Below are positions 48,421-58,287 of a stretch of DNA of 59,226 bases, piece after piece. The number at the start of each line of letters is the position of its first letter. Positions within the stretch are counted from its first letter, which is position 1. The notes below the pieces were generated by a model, which ran no database searches, was not told the DNA's origin, and saw only the letters and a list, made by a program, of their open reading frames with translations. The position numbers were made by a program, and so were the translations under genes. The DNA is from Alphaproteobacteria bacterium (GTDB taxonomy: Bacteria; Pseudomonadota; Alphaproteobacteria; Rs-D84), in the NCBI GenBank assembly GCA_017471805.1, contig JAFURS010000044.1:1-59226 (forward strand), read 5' to 3'.

Positions 48421-49155
48421 TTATAAATTATTGTCATTACGTGGAATAGGGCCGTCATAGTTTATTTTGCCGTCACGTATGTGTATCAGACGATTTGCAT
48501 ATCGGGCAATATCAAATTCGTGTGTTATCATCACAATTGTAATGCCAAGTTCATCGTTTAACTTTTTGAAAAACTGTAAAATTTCGTTTCCCATCTTGCT
48601 GTCCAAGGCACCAGTCGGTTCGTCTGCAAGTATTAGTTTCGGATTGCCGGCCAATGCACGTGCAATCGCAACACGCTGTTTCATACCGCCTGACAACTGG
48701 GTCGGCAGATAACTTTCAAATTTTTCCAAACCAACACGATGCAACATCTCACGGGCCCGACGTATCCGTTCGTCAATTGGCAGACCTTGATACATCAAGG
48801 GCAACATAACATTGTCCAGGACACTGCGCTTTGGTAATAAATTAAACTGCTGAAAAACAAAACCAATATGCTCGTTCCGGACAATCGCTAGTTCATCAGG
48901 GGTCAGCCCCGTCACATCACGACCATATAATTCATATATACCAGACGTCGGTGTGTCCAGCGCACCAATAATATTCATACACGTTGACTTGCCAGAACCA
49001 GATGGACCCATTATCGCAACAAATTCACCGGCACGAATGTCAAAATTTATGTCAAATAAAACCTGTTGCTCACCACCTAATTCCAATGGAAAACTTTTAT
49101 TTATATGCTTCAAGGATATTATGTTTTGTGGCTTTGCGGTGTGTCGTCCCCTCAT
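48421..49155 (-). CDS. ABC transporter ATP-binding protein (MacB/LolD type)
   Basis: It has the Walker A GPSGSGKST, the signature LSGGMKQRVAIARAL, and the Walker B LILADEPTGALD. Confidence 0.92.
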   Translation of the reverse strand: MRGRHTAKPQNIISLKHINKSFPLELGGEQQVLFDINFDIRAGEFVAIMGPSGSGKSTCMNIIGALDTPTSGIYELYGRDVTGLTPDELAIVRNEHIGFVFQQFNLLPKRSVLDNVMLPLMYQGLPIDERIRRAREMLHRVGLEKFESYLPTQLSGGMKQRVAIARALAGNPKLILADEPTGALDSKMGNEILQFFKKLNDELGITIVMITHEFDIARYANRLIHIRDGKINYDGPIPRNDNNL

Positions 49156-49233
49156 CTTGTCCCCCCAAGAAAATATGTTGGATAAATTATATCACACAAT
49201 TAAACGTTCGGCAATCTGTCTGTTTTCCAAAAT

Positions 49234-49261
49234 AAAAAGACCGGTATTTACCGGTCTTTTT
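49234..49261 (-). terminator. Intrinsic terminator
   Basis: An AGACCGGT-loop-ACCGGTCT hairpin is followed by a T-tract on the minus strand. Confidence 0.65.
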
Positions 49262-49268
49262 GCAGATT

Positions 49269-49865
49269 TTATAACAGGCACGCAAGGGTCGCACTGGTGT
49301 TCTTTAACATAAACCAACCAATTCGATAGTCGGTCGCATAAACCGTCGCAATAAATAATGCCAAGATGCCAATTACTATGATGACATTGCCACGTTTGCC
49401 ACGCATACAATACAGTGATATATTGTAAAACAAAAACAATATATAAATGTCAACCATCATACTGATAACCCAAATAGATGTGCAATTAAATGCCAGCGCA
49501 TTCAAAACCAATATAACTGGATAAATAAAGAATATAGACGCCAGACCCTTTATCGCAATTTCCCAATCACGTTCGCCACCAGTTATTTCAGATACCAACA
49601 TCATCAGACCGCCCATCACAAATAACAAGGCAACCGCCAAAACAGGAACAATTATAATCGCAGTAAAAATAGATCCCAGGGTTATCGTCGCACCACCCAA
49701 CATACGAATTAATAGCACAAGGCAACCACCCAGCAGACCATATAAAAACGCCTTTAACATTGCTTCTTCCATGTTGCCGTCGGCGACAATCTTGGTAAAA
49801 TAACGTTTCGGATTCACAATAATGTTGCGGATGTGCTTAAATGCGTTCTTGATTTTTTTCTTCAT
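49269..49865 (-). CDS. Polytopic membrane protein (Yip1-like?)
   Basis: It has five predicted TM helices after a short cytosolic N-terminus. The family assignment is tentative. Confidence 0.4.
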   Translation of the reverse strand: MKKKIKNAFKHIRNIIVNPKRYFTKIVADGNMEEAMLKAFLYGLLGGCLVLLIRMLGGATITLGSIFTAIIIVPVLAVALLFVMGGLMMLVSEITGGERDWEIAIKGLASIFFIYPVILVLNALAFNCTSIWVISMMVDIYILFLFYNISLYCMRGKRGNVIIVIGILALFIATVYATDYRIGWFMLKNTSATLACLL

Positions 49866-49930
49866 TTTTACGCCCCTATTTGATTATTTATATTTTTGCT
49901 TTATAATTATAAAAAATCAACGGAAAAGTT

Positions 49931-51265
49931 ATGATAAAAATAGTTATAGCAGGACGCCCAAATACGGGTAAATCAACATTATTTAATGCACTGACCGGGA
50001 CACGGGATGCATTGGTTCACGACAGACCAGGGGTCACACGTGATACTATAACCGGGATGTTTCATAATCGACCATATACACTGGTTGATACCGCCGGCCT
50101 GGAACGGGCAAATGCCGGAATTGCAATTGATTCAACAAATCAGGCAATCGATGCAATCGCATCTGCAAATGCGGTCTTGTTCGTTGTTGATGGACGGGTG
50201 GGCCTGACCAATGAAGATTTAGACTGGGCAAAATTAGTCCGCAGAAAAACAAAAGCACCGGTTTTGTTGCTGGTAAATAAAAGCGAATCGGAAAAAAGAT
50301 TGGCAAATGTTCACGATTTCTATAAATTAGGATTTGGTGAACCGGTTTTGGTCGCCGCCGAACATAAGCGGGGATTCGATAGCATTTATGAATTTTTAGA
50401 TAAAATTGCAGGCGATGAGGCAAATCAGCCGGTGCCAGAAAAAAATCAAGACAACAGAATCAAAATTGCCATCTTGGGTCAGCCAAACGTTGGAAAATCT
50501 ACGTTTGTAAATCGTGTACTGGGGGAAAAACGTCAGATTGTTATGGATGCGCCCGGAATTACACGTGATACAGTTAAAATTCCAACCAAGTTCTATGGAC
50601 GTGATATTGTGTTGATGGATACCGCTGGACTGCGGCGCAAAGCAGGGGTGACGGATGATGTTGAAACACTGTCTGCGCTGAAATCATTAGACGCAATTGA
50701 CAAGGCCGATGTTGTTATTTTAATGGTGGACGCAACACGAAATATTGAAAATCAGGCATTGGGGATTGCGGCACGTGTCTATAATGCAGGAAAAATATTG
50801 TGCGTGGCGTTGAACAAGTGGGATTTGGTCGAACCAGAAATTCGTGATGAAAAATTATTAAAATTAAAACATCAGTTTTCTAATTCGTTTCATCAAATTA
50901 TTAAGCCTTTGATTTTGGCAGTGTCGGCCGAAAAAGGGATAGGTGTGCAAAATATGTTCAAGCGTATCTATGAACAGTGGGATATTTCAACAACCACCGC
51001 ACCAACCAGTTTAATTAACAGAATCGTTGAAAAACTGGTCGCTGACAGACAACCACCAATGTCTCGTCTGAAAAGACCAATGAAAATCAAATTCGCACGT
51101 CAGACAGGTCGCCACCCAATGAAGATAACAATAAATGTCGGTGGGGCATCTGATATACCAGAATCATACACACGTTATCTGCGTCGGGGGTTGGCAACGG
51201 CATTAAAGTGGGAACACCTGCCGATAACGATTGAATATCAAAAATCTGAAAATCCATTTGATTAA
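49931..51265 (+). CDS. der: Ribosome-associated GTPase Der (EngA)
   Basis: It has two tandem GTPase domains (GRPNTGKST and GQPNVGKST; DTAG twice; NKSE and NKWD) plus a KH-like C-terminus. Confidence 0.93.
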   Translation: MIKIVIAGRPNTGKSTLFNALTGTRDALVHDRPGVTRDTITGMFHNRPYTLVDTAGLERANAGIAIDSTNQAIDAIASANAVLFVVDGRVGLTNEDLDWAKLVRRKTKAPVLLLVNKSESEKRLANVHDFYKLGFGEPVLVAAEHKRGFDSIYEFLDKIAGDEANQPVPEKNQDNRIKIAILGQPNVGKSTFVNRVLGEKRQIVMDAPGITRDTVKIPTKFYGRDIVLMDTAGLRRKAGVTDDVETLSALKSLDAIDKADVVILMVDATRNIENQALGIAARVYNAGKILCVALNKWDLVEPEIRDEKLLKLKHQFSNSFHQIIKPLILAVSAEKGIGVQNMFKRIYEQWDISTTTAPTSLINRIVEKLVADRQPPMSRLKRPMKIKFARQTGRHPMKITINVGGASDIPESYTRYLRRGLATALKWEHLPITIEYQKSENPFD

Positions 51266-51290
51266 AAAAACCGGCATTTGCCGGTTTTTT
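51264..51290. terminator. Bidirectional terminator (CCGGC family)
   Basis: It reads A7-CCGGC-ATTT-GCCGG-T6. Confidence 0.7.
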
Positions 51291-51298
51291 GTTGTATC

Positions 51299-52378
<1,080 letters not shown>

Positions 52379-52447
52379 CTATAAAGCACGTTATCCGAAA
52401 AATCAAGGCGCACCAATAAATTTATTTGATTTATTCTATATTGTGAT

Positions 52448-52810
52448 ATGATAATCATCACTATGATACGAGATACAATAAAAAATCACGCAGACTTTGC
52501 ATTGGGTGATAATGACCCAGTGGCAAAAAGTCCATACTTTCTGGTGCGGGCAAAATTGGCAAAATACCCCGACGATGCACGATATGGACTGATTGTGACT
52601 AAAAAGACTTTTAAACACGCCGTGGACAGAAATCGGGCAAAACGTTTGCTGCGTGACTGGATTGCGTTTAATGAAAATCTGTTGCAGGACAGGTGGGATT
52701 ATGTCTTTGTCGCACGTCGTGATATACTGAACGCCGACAGATTGTCAGGACGGGTCGCAATGAAAAAAGCACTGGGATTCCTGCGTAAACAAGTGATAAA
52801 AGAAGACTAA
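52448..52810 (+). CDS. rnpA: Ribonuclease P protein component
   Basis: It is a small basic protein with an RnpA-like core ([25 protein letters not shown]) and lies directly upstream of yidD. Confidence 0.8.
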   Translation: MIIITMIRDTIKNHADFALGDNDPVAKSPYFLVRAKLAKYPDDARYGLIVTKKTFKHAVDRNRAKRLLRDWIAFNENLLQDRWDYVFVARRDILNADRLSGRVAMKKALGFLRKQVIKED

Positions 52811-52811
52811 A

Positions 52812-53036
52812 TTGTCTGTTTTGCAAAAATGCGCAATTGGTTTTGTGCGAATTTATCAAACAATTATTTCACCGATTATTGGGGGCAGGGCAGTGTGCAG
52901 GTTTGTCCCAACGTGCAGCGAATATACACGCCAGGCAATCGAAAAATATGGCGCATTCAAAGGCGTTTGGTTGGGATGCAAACGTATTTGCAGATGTCGC
53001 CCAGGGGGTGGGTGCGGATATGACCCCGTGCCTTGA
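52812..53036 (+). CDS. yidD: Membrane protein insertion efficiency factor YidD
   Basis: It has the conserved core [19 protein letters not shown]...[14 protein letters not shown]. The start codon is TTG. Confidence 0.88.
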   Translation: MSVLQKCAIGFVRIYQTIISPIIGGRAVCRFVPTCSEYTRQAIEKYGAFKGVWLGCKRICRCRPGGGCGYDPVP

Positions 53037-53102
53037 CAATGGGACAGATTGTGATACAATTTTATATTGTGCAAGACAGTAAATTTAAAAAAAGGGATTA
53101 AG

Positions 53103-53546
53103 ATGTCTTTTCGTGCAACCGTAGAGTCTATGTCAAAACTGATGGACGATATGGGAATTACAGAGTTAGACCTGGAACGCCAATTCTTGTTTGGCGTATA
53201 TCGCAAACATATTCATTTATCTAAACAACAGGCCGTCGCAGTCGCATCTGCACCAGTGGCACAAGATAATAAATCAGATGATAAAAGTTCAGAAACAAAA
53301 AACGTCATAAGCGGATACGCAATGAAATCGCCAATGGTGGGGGTCGTTTATCTGGCACCAGAACCAGGGGCAGAACCTTTTGTTAGCGTCGGAACATCAG
53401 TCAAGGCCGGTGATACAGTCGCATTGGTCGAAGCAATGAAAACATTTAACCCAATCAAATCTGATAAAGACGGGACAGTAAAAGAAATTTTGGTCAAAGA
53501 TGGGGCCGCAGTTGAATTTGACCAGCCCTTAATTGTAATTGAATAA
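53103..53546 (+). CDS. accB: Biotin carboxyl carrier protein of acetyl-CoA carboxylase
   Basis: It has the biotinylation motif EAMKTFN inside a lipoyl-like domain. The start is at the ATG after AAAGGGA. Confidence 0.9.
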   Translation: MSFRATVESMSKLMDDMGITELDLERQFLFGVYRKHIHLSKQQAVAVASAPVAQDNKSDDKSSETKNVISGYAMKSPMVGVVYLAPEPGAEPFVSVGTSVKAGDTVALVEAMKTFNPIKSDKDGTVKEILVKDGAAVEFDQPLIVIE

Positions 53547-53547
53547 T

Positions 53548-54897
53548 ATGTCACAAATAAAAAAAGTTTTAATCGCAAATCGTGGGGAAATTGCCCTGCG
53601 TATTATTCGTGCCTGTCGTGATATGGGTATTCGGACAGTCGCTGTGTATTCAACCGTGGACAAAGATGCAATGCACGTGCAATTAGCAGACGAGTCTGTG
53701 TGTATCGGACCGGGACCTGCACGGGATTCTTATTTGAACGAGTCTGCAATCCTAACCGCTGCATTGTTGACCAATGCAGATGCAATCCATCCTGGATATG
53801 GATTCTTATCTGAGCGGGCCGACTTTGCACGCAAGGTCGAACAACACGGTATGATTTGGATTGGACCATCCCCAGATATGATTGTTCGTATGGGGGATAA
53901 GGTTAACGCAAAAAAAACTGCTGTTGAGTGTGGATTGCCAGTGGTGCCAGGGTCTGATGGGGCAGTTGAAACACTGGAACAAGCAATCGAAATCGCTGAA
54001 AAAATAGGCTATCCTGTTATGTTAAAGGCCGCCGCAGGTGGTGGTGGACGGGGTATGCGACCAGTTATGTCCCAAGATGATATGAGTGAAGCGTTTCAGT
54101 TAACCAAGAACGAGGCAAAGTCTGCGTTTGGTGATGATACACTTTATATGGAAAAGTTGTTAACGCATCCACGACACATCGAATTTCAAGTCCTGGGGGA
54201 TAAACACGGAAACGTTGTTATATTTGGTGAACGGGATTGTTCGTTGCAAAGACGAAACCAAAAAGTTATGGAAGAATGTCCAGCCGCCGTATTATCACAA
54301 AAACAACGGGATGATATGATTGAAGTCTGCAAGACGGCGGCAAAAAAAATGGGATACACCAATGCAGGAACATTCGAATTTATGTTCGAAGATGGTAAAT
54401 TCTATTTCCTGGAAATGAATACCAGATTGCAGGTTGAACATCCTGTGACGGAAATGGTGTATGGTGTCGATTTAGTTCGTGAACAAATTCGTGTCGCAGC
54501 CGGTGAAAAACTGGGGTATACACAATCGAACGTTATCGCAAATGGACACGCAATCGAATTTCGTATAAATGCAGAAGATCCAGAAACATTTATTCCAAAC
54601 CCTGGGAAAATTACACTGTATGCGCCATCAGGGGGACTGGGGGTGCGTGTGGATAGTGCGGTTTATACTGGATATACAATTCCGCCAACATATGATTCTA
54701 TGATTGCAAAGTTAATCGTTCACGCACAAAATCGTCCGGCCTGTATTATGCGGGCAACACGTGCGTTGGATGAATTTGTTATCGAAGGGGTTAAAACAAC
54801 AATTCCGTTGCAACAAAGATTGCTAAAAAACAAAGATGTAAAACAATTGAATTTTGATAACAAATGGTTGGAAAAATTCTTGAAAAAAGATGAATAA
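53548..54897 (+). CDS. accC: Biotin carboxylase subunit of acetyl-CoA carboxylase
   Basis: Motifs are KVLIANRGEIALRIIRA, an ATP-grasp GGGGRGMR, and EMNTRLQVEHPVTE. Confidence 0.95.
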   Translation: MSQIKKVLIANRGEIALRIIRACRDMGIRTVAVYSTVDKDAMHVQLADESVCIGPGPARDSYLNESAILTAALLTNADAIHPGYGFLSERADFARKVEQHGMIWIGPSPDMIVRMGDKVNAKKTAVECGLPVVPGSDGAVETLEQAIEIAEKIGYPVMLKAAAGGGGRGMRPVMSQDDMSEAFQLTKNEAKSAFGDDTLYMEKLLTHPRHIEFQVLGDKHGNVVIFGERDCSLQRRNQKVMEECPAAVLSQKQRDDMIEVCKTAAKKMGYTNAGTFEFMFEDGKFYFLEMNTRLQVEHPVTEMVYGVDLVREQIRVAAGEKLGYTQSNVIANGHAIEFRINAEDPETFIPNPGKITLYAPSGGLGVRVDSAVYTGYTIPPTYDSMIAKLIVHAQNRPACIMRATRALDEFVIEGVKTTIPLQQRLLKNKDVKQLNFDNKWLEKFLKKDE

Positions 54898-54923
54898 AAT
54901 TGCCGGCATTTGCCGGCGTTTTT
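54897..54923. terminator. Terminator (TGCCGGCATTTGCCGGCGTTTT)
   Basis: GCCGGC-ATTT-GCCGGC is followed by G and T5. The 22-nt core is identical to the hairpin at 55634-55655. Confidence 0.7.
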
Positions 54924-55107
54924 ATATGTTTTTTAAGGCAACGTTTTCCGATGCAATAAACATTATTAACTGATATGTCGTGGGTCGAATATGATATGAA
55001 AGCATATGAAAATATTCCGTGTCCGTTATTGCCAATATATTACAAATGTAAAAAACAGGTAAATTTTTTTCTTTTCGATAGTGTTCAATCTGGTCAATAA
55101 GATGCAT
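54922..55107 (-). CDS. Possible small XRE-type HTH protein (61 aa)
   Basis: The sequence IEHYRKEKNLPVFYICNILAITDTEYFHMLSYHIRPTTYQLIMFIA loosely fits an XRE helix-turn-helix. It starts just after a minus-strand terminator. Confidence 0.35.
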   Translation of the reverse strand: MHLIDQIEHYRKEKNLPVFYICNILAITDTEYFHMLSYHIRPTTYQLIMFIASENVALKNI

Positions 55108-55121
55108 TTTTGCCCCCATAA

Positions 55122-55292
55122 TAAAAAAACCACCATAATGGGGTGGTTGGAGGTTAGAACTTTGCACAACAGTATGCTCAGCGGCTATTCGATATATTTA
55201 CCGCCCTCCAACCACGGGTTGGAGCAATTAACGTCTGCGCAGACGACTGTTGGGCGAGAGTTCTAATCTCGCATAACGGGTCCCCCATTACA
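55122..55292 (-). ncRNA. Candidate structured RNA or 5' leader (about 170 nt) of unknown class
   Basis: A minus-strand promoter reads TTGCAA-18 nt-TATAAT (55299-55328). Mutually exclusive pairings involve CTCCAACC, GTGGTTGGAGG and CCTCCAACCAC. A strong terminator (AACCACC-loop-GGTGGTT plus T7) ends near 55122. Confidence 0.35.
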
Positions 55293-55298
55293 ATTGGT

Positions 55299-55350
55299 AT
55301 TATATCCCAAAACAAATATTGTTTGCAATTGTAATTTTATCTGTTATAAT
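55299..55350. promoter_or_regulatory. Back-to-back promoters sharing one palindromic -35 hexamer
   Basis: The plus strand reads TTGCAA (55323-55328), a 16-nt spacer, then TATAAT (55345-55350), 11 nt before tRNA-Val. The minus strand uses the same TTGCAA, an 18-nt spacer, then TATAAT (55304-55299). Confidence 0.5.
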
Positions 55351-55361
55351 CGTGTCGTTTT

Positions 55362-55438
55362 GGGTGGTTAGCTCAGTTGGTTAGAGCGTTACGTTGACAT
55401 CGTAAAGGTCGTTGGTTCGAGTCCAATACCACCCACCA
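55362..55438 (+). tRNA. tRNA-Val (anticodon GAC)
   Basis: It has acceptor GGGTGGT/ACCACCC, anticodon loop TTGACAT, T-loop TTCGAGT and an encoded CCA. Confidence 0.92.
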
Positions 55439-55447
55439 GAATAAAGT

Positions 55448-55472
55448 AATCGGGGTAATCCCCGATTTTTTT
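55448..55472 (+). terminator. Intrinsic terminator after tRNA-Val
   Basis: AATCGGGG-TAAT-CCCCGATT is followed by a T-tract. Confidence 0.7.
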
Positions 55473-55484
55473 ATTGTGGATTGC

Positions 55485-55620
55485 GGTGGTTGGACGAAGA
55501 ACCAACAGAAGTTGGTTCGACAATGAGTGAACGAGAATAAGCAGAGCGATATTCGAGTGCTGACGAATGCCCCGCAGCGGGTATAAAATACCCTGCGAGG
55601 GAATCCAATACCACCCACCA
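55485..55620 (+). other. tRNA-Val-derived tRNA-like remnant
   Basis: It contains GGTGGTT (55485-55491), GTTGGTTCGA (55511-55520), 83 nt of unrelated structured sequence, then TCCAATACCACCCACCA (55604-55620). These segments are in the same order as in the adjacent tRNA-Val. Confidence 0.45.
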
Positions 55621-55626
55621 GAATAA
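55604..55626 (+). repeat. 23-bp perfect direct repeat of the tRNA-Val 3' end (other copy at 55422-55444)
   Basis: TCCAATACCACCCACCAGAATAA is present twice, 182 bp apart start to start. Confidence 0.9.
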
Positions 55627-55629
55627 TTA

Positions 55630-55655
55630 AAAATGCCGGCATTTGCCGGCGTTTT
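55630..55655. terminator. Terminator (TGCCGGCATTTGCCGGCGTTTT)
   Basis: The hairpin is identical to the one at 54901-54922. It lies downstream of the minus-strand ORF 55658-56251. Confidence 0.65.
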
Positions 55656-55657
55656 CT

Positions 55658-56251
55658 TTACTTTAATCTGTCACGCTTGCGCATAAAGGTGCGAAGTTCA
55701 CGGACAAATTCTTGGTCCGAAAATGTTAATTCACAAATCTTTGGCTTGAACTGACAGGTCGGCAGGTCATACATAATAAAATTACATAAATCTGTTGCAC
55801 GGTGCATTGAATAAACGTCACGAACTGTGTTAAATGCCTGTTCCAGGTTGTGCTTCTCGGTTAACTTGAACGCAGTCTGGTCAAAGGTCGGAATGTGGCC
55901 AGATATGATTTCATTGCGAACCGTTTCAAAATTATCTGAACTTAGTTCTTCGGCGGGGCCACGCTCAAAATTTATAAAGCGCATATTCGCCATCGGGGAA
56001 TTTGGCGGAAATGTTAAACCAGGCTGTAATGACGCATATTCCAACCACAGCAGATACATCAGACGACCTAATTTTACCGGTGGTGTGTTCTTTATCCCGT
56101 GATTCTTGGTTATTTCGTTCACTAGGTATATTAGTGTATTTCTATCAAGTTGTTTTTTTGGTTGCATATTTAATCCATTGCTATATACGTTTATAAACAT
56201 ACTATACGCATTTGTTTTTTCAAGTTTTTTTATATCTGTTGATTTATTCAA
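55658..56251 (-). CDS. Hypothetical protein, weakly Panacea/DUF4065 (SocA-like) in pattern
   Basis: It is a 197-aa ORF. The segment VKLGRLMYLLWLEYASL...FINFERGP is reminiscent of the KLxKLLYxxD...YGPV core of DUF4065. The assignment is tentative. Confidence 0.3.
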   Translation of the reverse strand: MNKSTDIKKLEKTNAYSMFINVYSNGLNMQPKKQLDRNTLIYLVNEITKNHGIKNTPPVKLGRLMYLLWLEYASLQPGLTFPPNSPMANMRFINFERGPAEELSSDNFETVRNEIISGHIPTFDQTAFKLTEKHNLEQAFNTVRDVYSMHRATDLCNFIMYDLPTCQFKPKICELTFSDQEFVRELRTFMRKRDRLK

Positions 56252-56293
56252 AATATGCTTTATAATTTCCGCAGTTAAAAAAGGGTCAAAATA

Positions 56294-58285
56294 ATGGCGA
56301 AAAAATATTTAATCACTTCTGCGTTGCCGTATGTTAACTACAATCTGCATATTGGACATTTGGTCGGCTGTTTGTTGCCAAGTGACGTGTATGCACGTTT
56401 CTGTCGTGCAATGGGACGTGATGTCCTGTTCGTGTGTGGGGCCGACGAACACGGCACCGCCAGTGAAATCGGCGCACTAAAAGAAAATATGCCCGTCGAA
56501 GAATATGTCGATAAGTATCGGGTGGCACACGAAGAAGCCGTTAAGAACTTTGACCTGTCGTTCGATATCTATGGACGAACACATACACAAAAACACACAC
56601 AGTTAATTCAAAATCTGTTCACACGACTGGATGAACAGGGGATGTTGGTTGAAAAAACATCTGTGCAGCCGTATTCGGTCAAAGACGAAATGTTTTTGGC
56701 AGACAGATTTGTTATTGGAACCTGTCCAAAGTGTGGATTTGATGGCGCATACGGAAATGAATGTGGTAAATGTGGCGCAACACTGGAACCAGAACAGTTA
56801 ATTCGTCCACACAGCGCAATCACACCAGATTCGCCCGTCGAAATGAGAGAAACAAAACATCTGTATTTCCGCACCAGTCAAATGCAAGACACGTTGCGCA
56901 CCTGGATAGATTCACGCAAGGGGTGGCCAAAAACAGCCTTGGCAATCGCAAATAAATGGTTGACCGAAGGACTGAGGGACAGCCCAATTACACGTGACCT
57001 GAAATGGGGAATCCCTGTGAACAAGGCAGGATATGAAAATAAAGTTTTCTATGTGTGGTTTGATGCACCGTGGGGTTATGTTTCAATTTCACAGGCCGCA
57101 AATGAAAAATGGGCTGATTGGTGGCACGGTGGTGATGATGTTCACTATACCCAATTTATGGGCAAAGACAACGTTTCGTTCCATTCAATCTTTTTCCCAG
57201 CACAAGAATTGGCAATGAACGATAATTGGAAAACAGTTGATACGTTAAAGGCCTTTAATTTCTTGAACTATAATGGGGCAAAAATTTCAAAGTCAACCGG
57301 AAATGGTATCTTCTTGAACGATGCAATTAACGATGCGCCGTCTGATATGTGGCGGTATGCAATTATCGCAAGCGCACCAGAAACAGATGATACTGATTTC
57401 ACAATAAACAGATTTGCAGATATTGTGAACAAAGACCTGAACGGTATGTTGGGGAACTTTGTTTCACGTGTGTGCAAGTTGACTGCTAAAAACTTTGGTA
57501 ATGTCGTGCCAAATTCAGGCAAATTAAATGCAGAGTTAGAATCACAGGTTGATGAAAAATTGTCTGATTTAACCAATGCGTTGGATGCCTGTGAATTTCG
57601 GGCCGCAATCGCCGCTTTGCGCAGTTTATACGCAATTGGAAACGAATATATGACAAAGTGTGAACCGTGGGCGTTGGTTAAAAATGGTAATCTTGACGGG
57701 GCAGGACAATGCCTGAACGAATGTTTTCAGTTAATTGACCTGTATGCACGTGTGTCTGCGCCCTTTATCCCAAATGCCGCCGCAAAAATGCAAGACGTTT
57801 TCGTTAACAAAAACGACCAATCGTGGCCTATGAAATACGAACATCGCATTTGTGATGGGGCAGAATTTGTTGTGCCTGAAAACTTGTTTAATCGCATTGA
57901 CGACGATATGGTCGCAAAAATGATTGAAAAGTATTCGCCAAAAATTACGGATAATTCACCAAAACCAATTGTCGCAGAAATTGTAGATATGAAAAATCAT
58001 CCAACACGTGATGATTTACATATTTTGTCTGTGAATACAGGGACGGATATTATTCAAATTGTTTGTGGCGCACCAAATGTATATGTTGGTTTACGTGGCG
58101 TCTTGGCACCGGTCGGTTGCAAGTTGCCAGGCGCAAAAAAACCAATGGCACAACGCACAGTTGCGGGCGTTGAATCATTTGGTATGATGTGCAGTCCGGC
58201 CGAAGTTGGACAGGGCAGTGATGGCGATAAAATCATCGAACTGGGGACGGATGCGGAAATCGGTGCGGAATATAAGTTAAGTTAA
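56294..58285 (+). CDS. metG: Methionine--tRNA ligase with C-terminal tRNA-binding (EMAP/Trbp111-like) domain
   Basis: It has the HIGH motif (NLHIGH), the KMSKS variant (KISKST), the Zn knuckles CPKCG...CGKCG, and a C-terminal OB-fold region (VCGAPNV...GVESFGMMCS). Confidence 0.95.
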   Translation: MAKKYLITSALPYVNYNLHIGHLVGCLLPSDVYARFCRAMGRDVLFVCGADEHGTASEIGALKENMPVEEYVDKYRVAHEEAVKNFDLSFDIYGRTHTQKHTQLIQNLFTRLDEQGMLVEKTSVQPYSVKDEMFLADRFVIGTCPKCGFDGAYGNECGKCGATLEPEQLIRPHSAITPDSPVEMRETKHLYFRTSQMQDTLRTWIDSRKGWPKTALAIANKWLTEGLRDSPITRDLKWGIPVNKAGYENKVFYVWFDAPWGYVSISQAANEKWADWWHGGDDVHYTQFMGKDNVSFHSIFFPAQELAMNDNWKTVDTLKAFNFLNYNGAKISKSTGNGIFLNDAINDAPSDMWRYAIIASAPETDDTDFTINRFADIVNKDLNGMLGNFVSRVCKLTAKNFGNVVPNSGKLNAELESQVDEKLSDLTNALDACEFRAAIAALRSLYAIGNEYMTKCEPWALVKNGNLDGAGQCLNECFQLIDLYARVSAPFIPNAAAKMQDVFVNKNDQSWPMKYEHRICDGAEFVVPENLFNRIDDDMVAKMIEKYSPKITDNSPKPIVAEIVDMKNHPTRDDLHILSVNTGTDIIQIVCGAPNVYVGLRGVLAPVGCKLPGAKKPMAQRTVAGVESFGMMCSPAEVGQGSDGDKIIELGTDAEIGAEYKLS

Positions 58286-58287
58286 AG

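Noticed and set aside
55473-55626. The tRNA-like segment ending in ...ACCACCCACCA could be a tmRNA or the acceptor piece of a two-piece alphaproteobacterial tmRNA.
   Set aside because: The acceptor stem would copy tRNA-Val (G3-C70, so no G-U alanine identity pair). There is no intact T-arm, no recognisable tag reading frame ending in ...AA-stop, and it is far too short. A duplicated tRNA-Val fragment explains it better.
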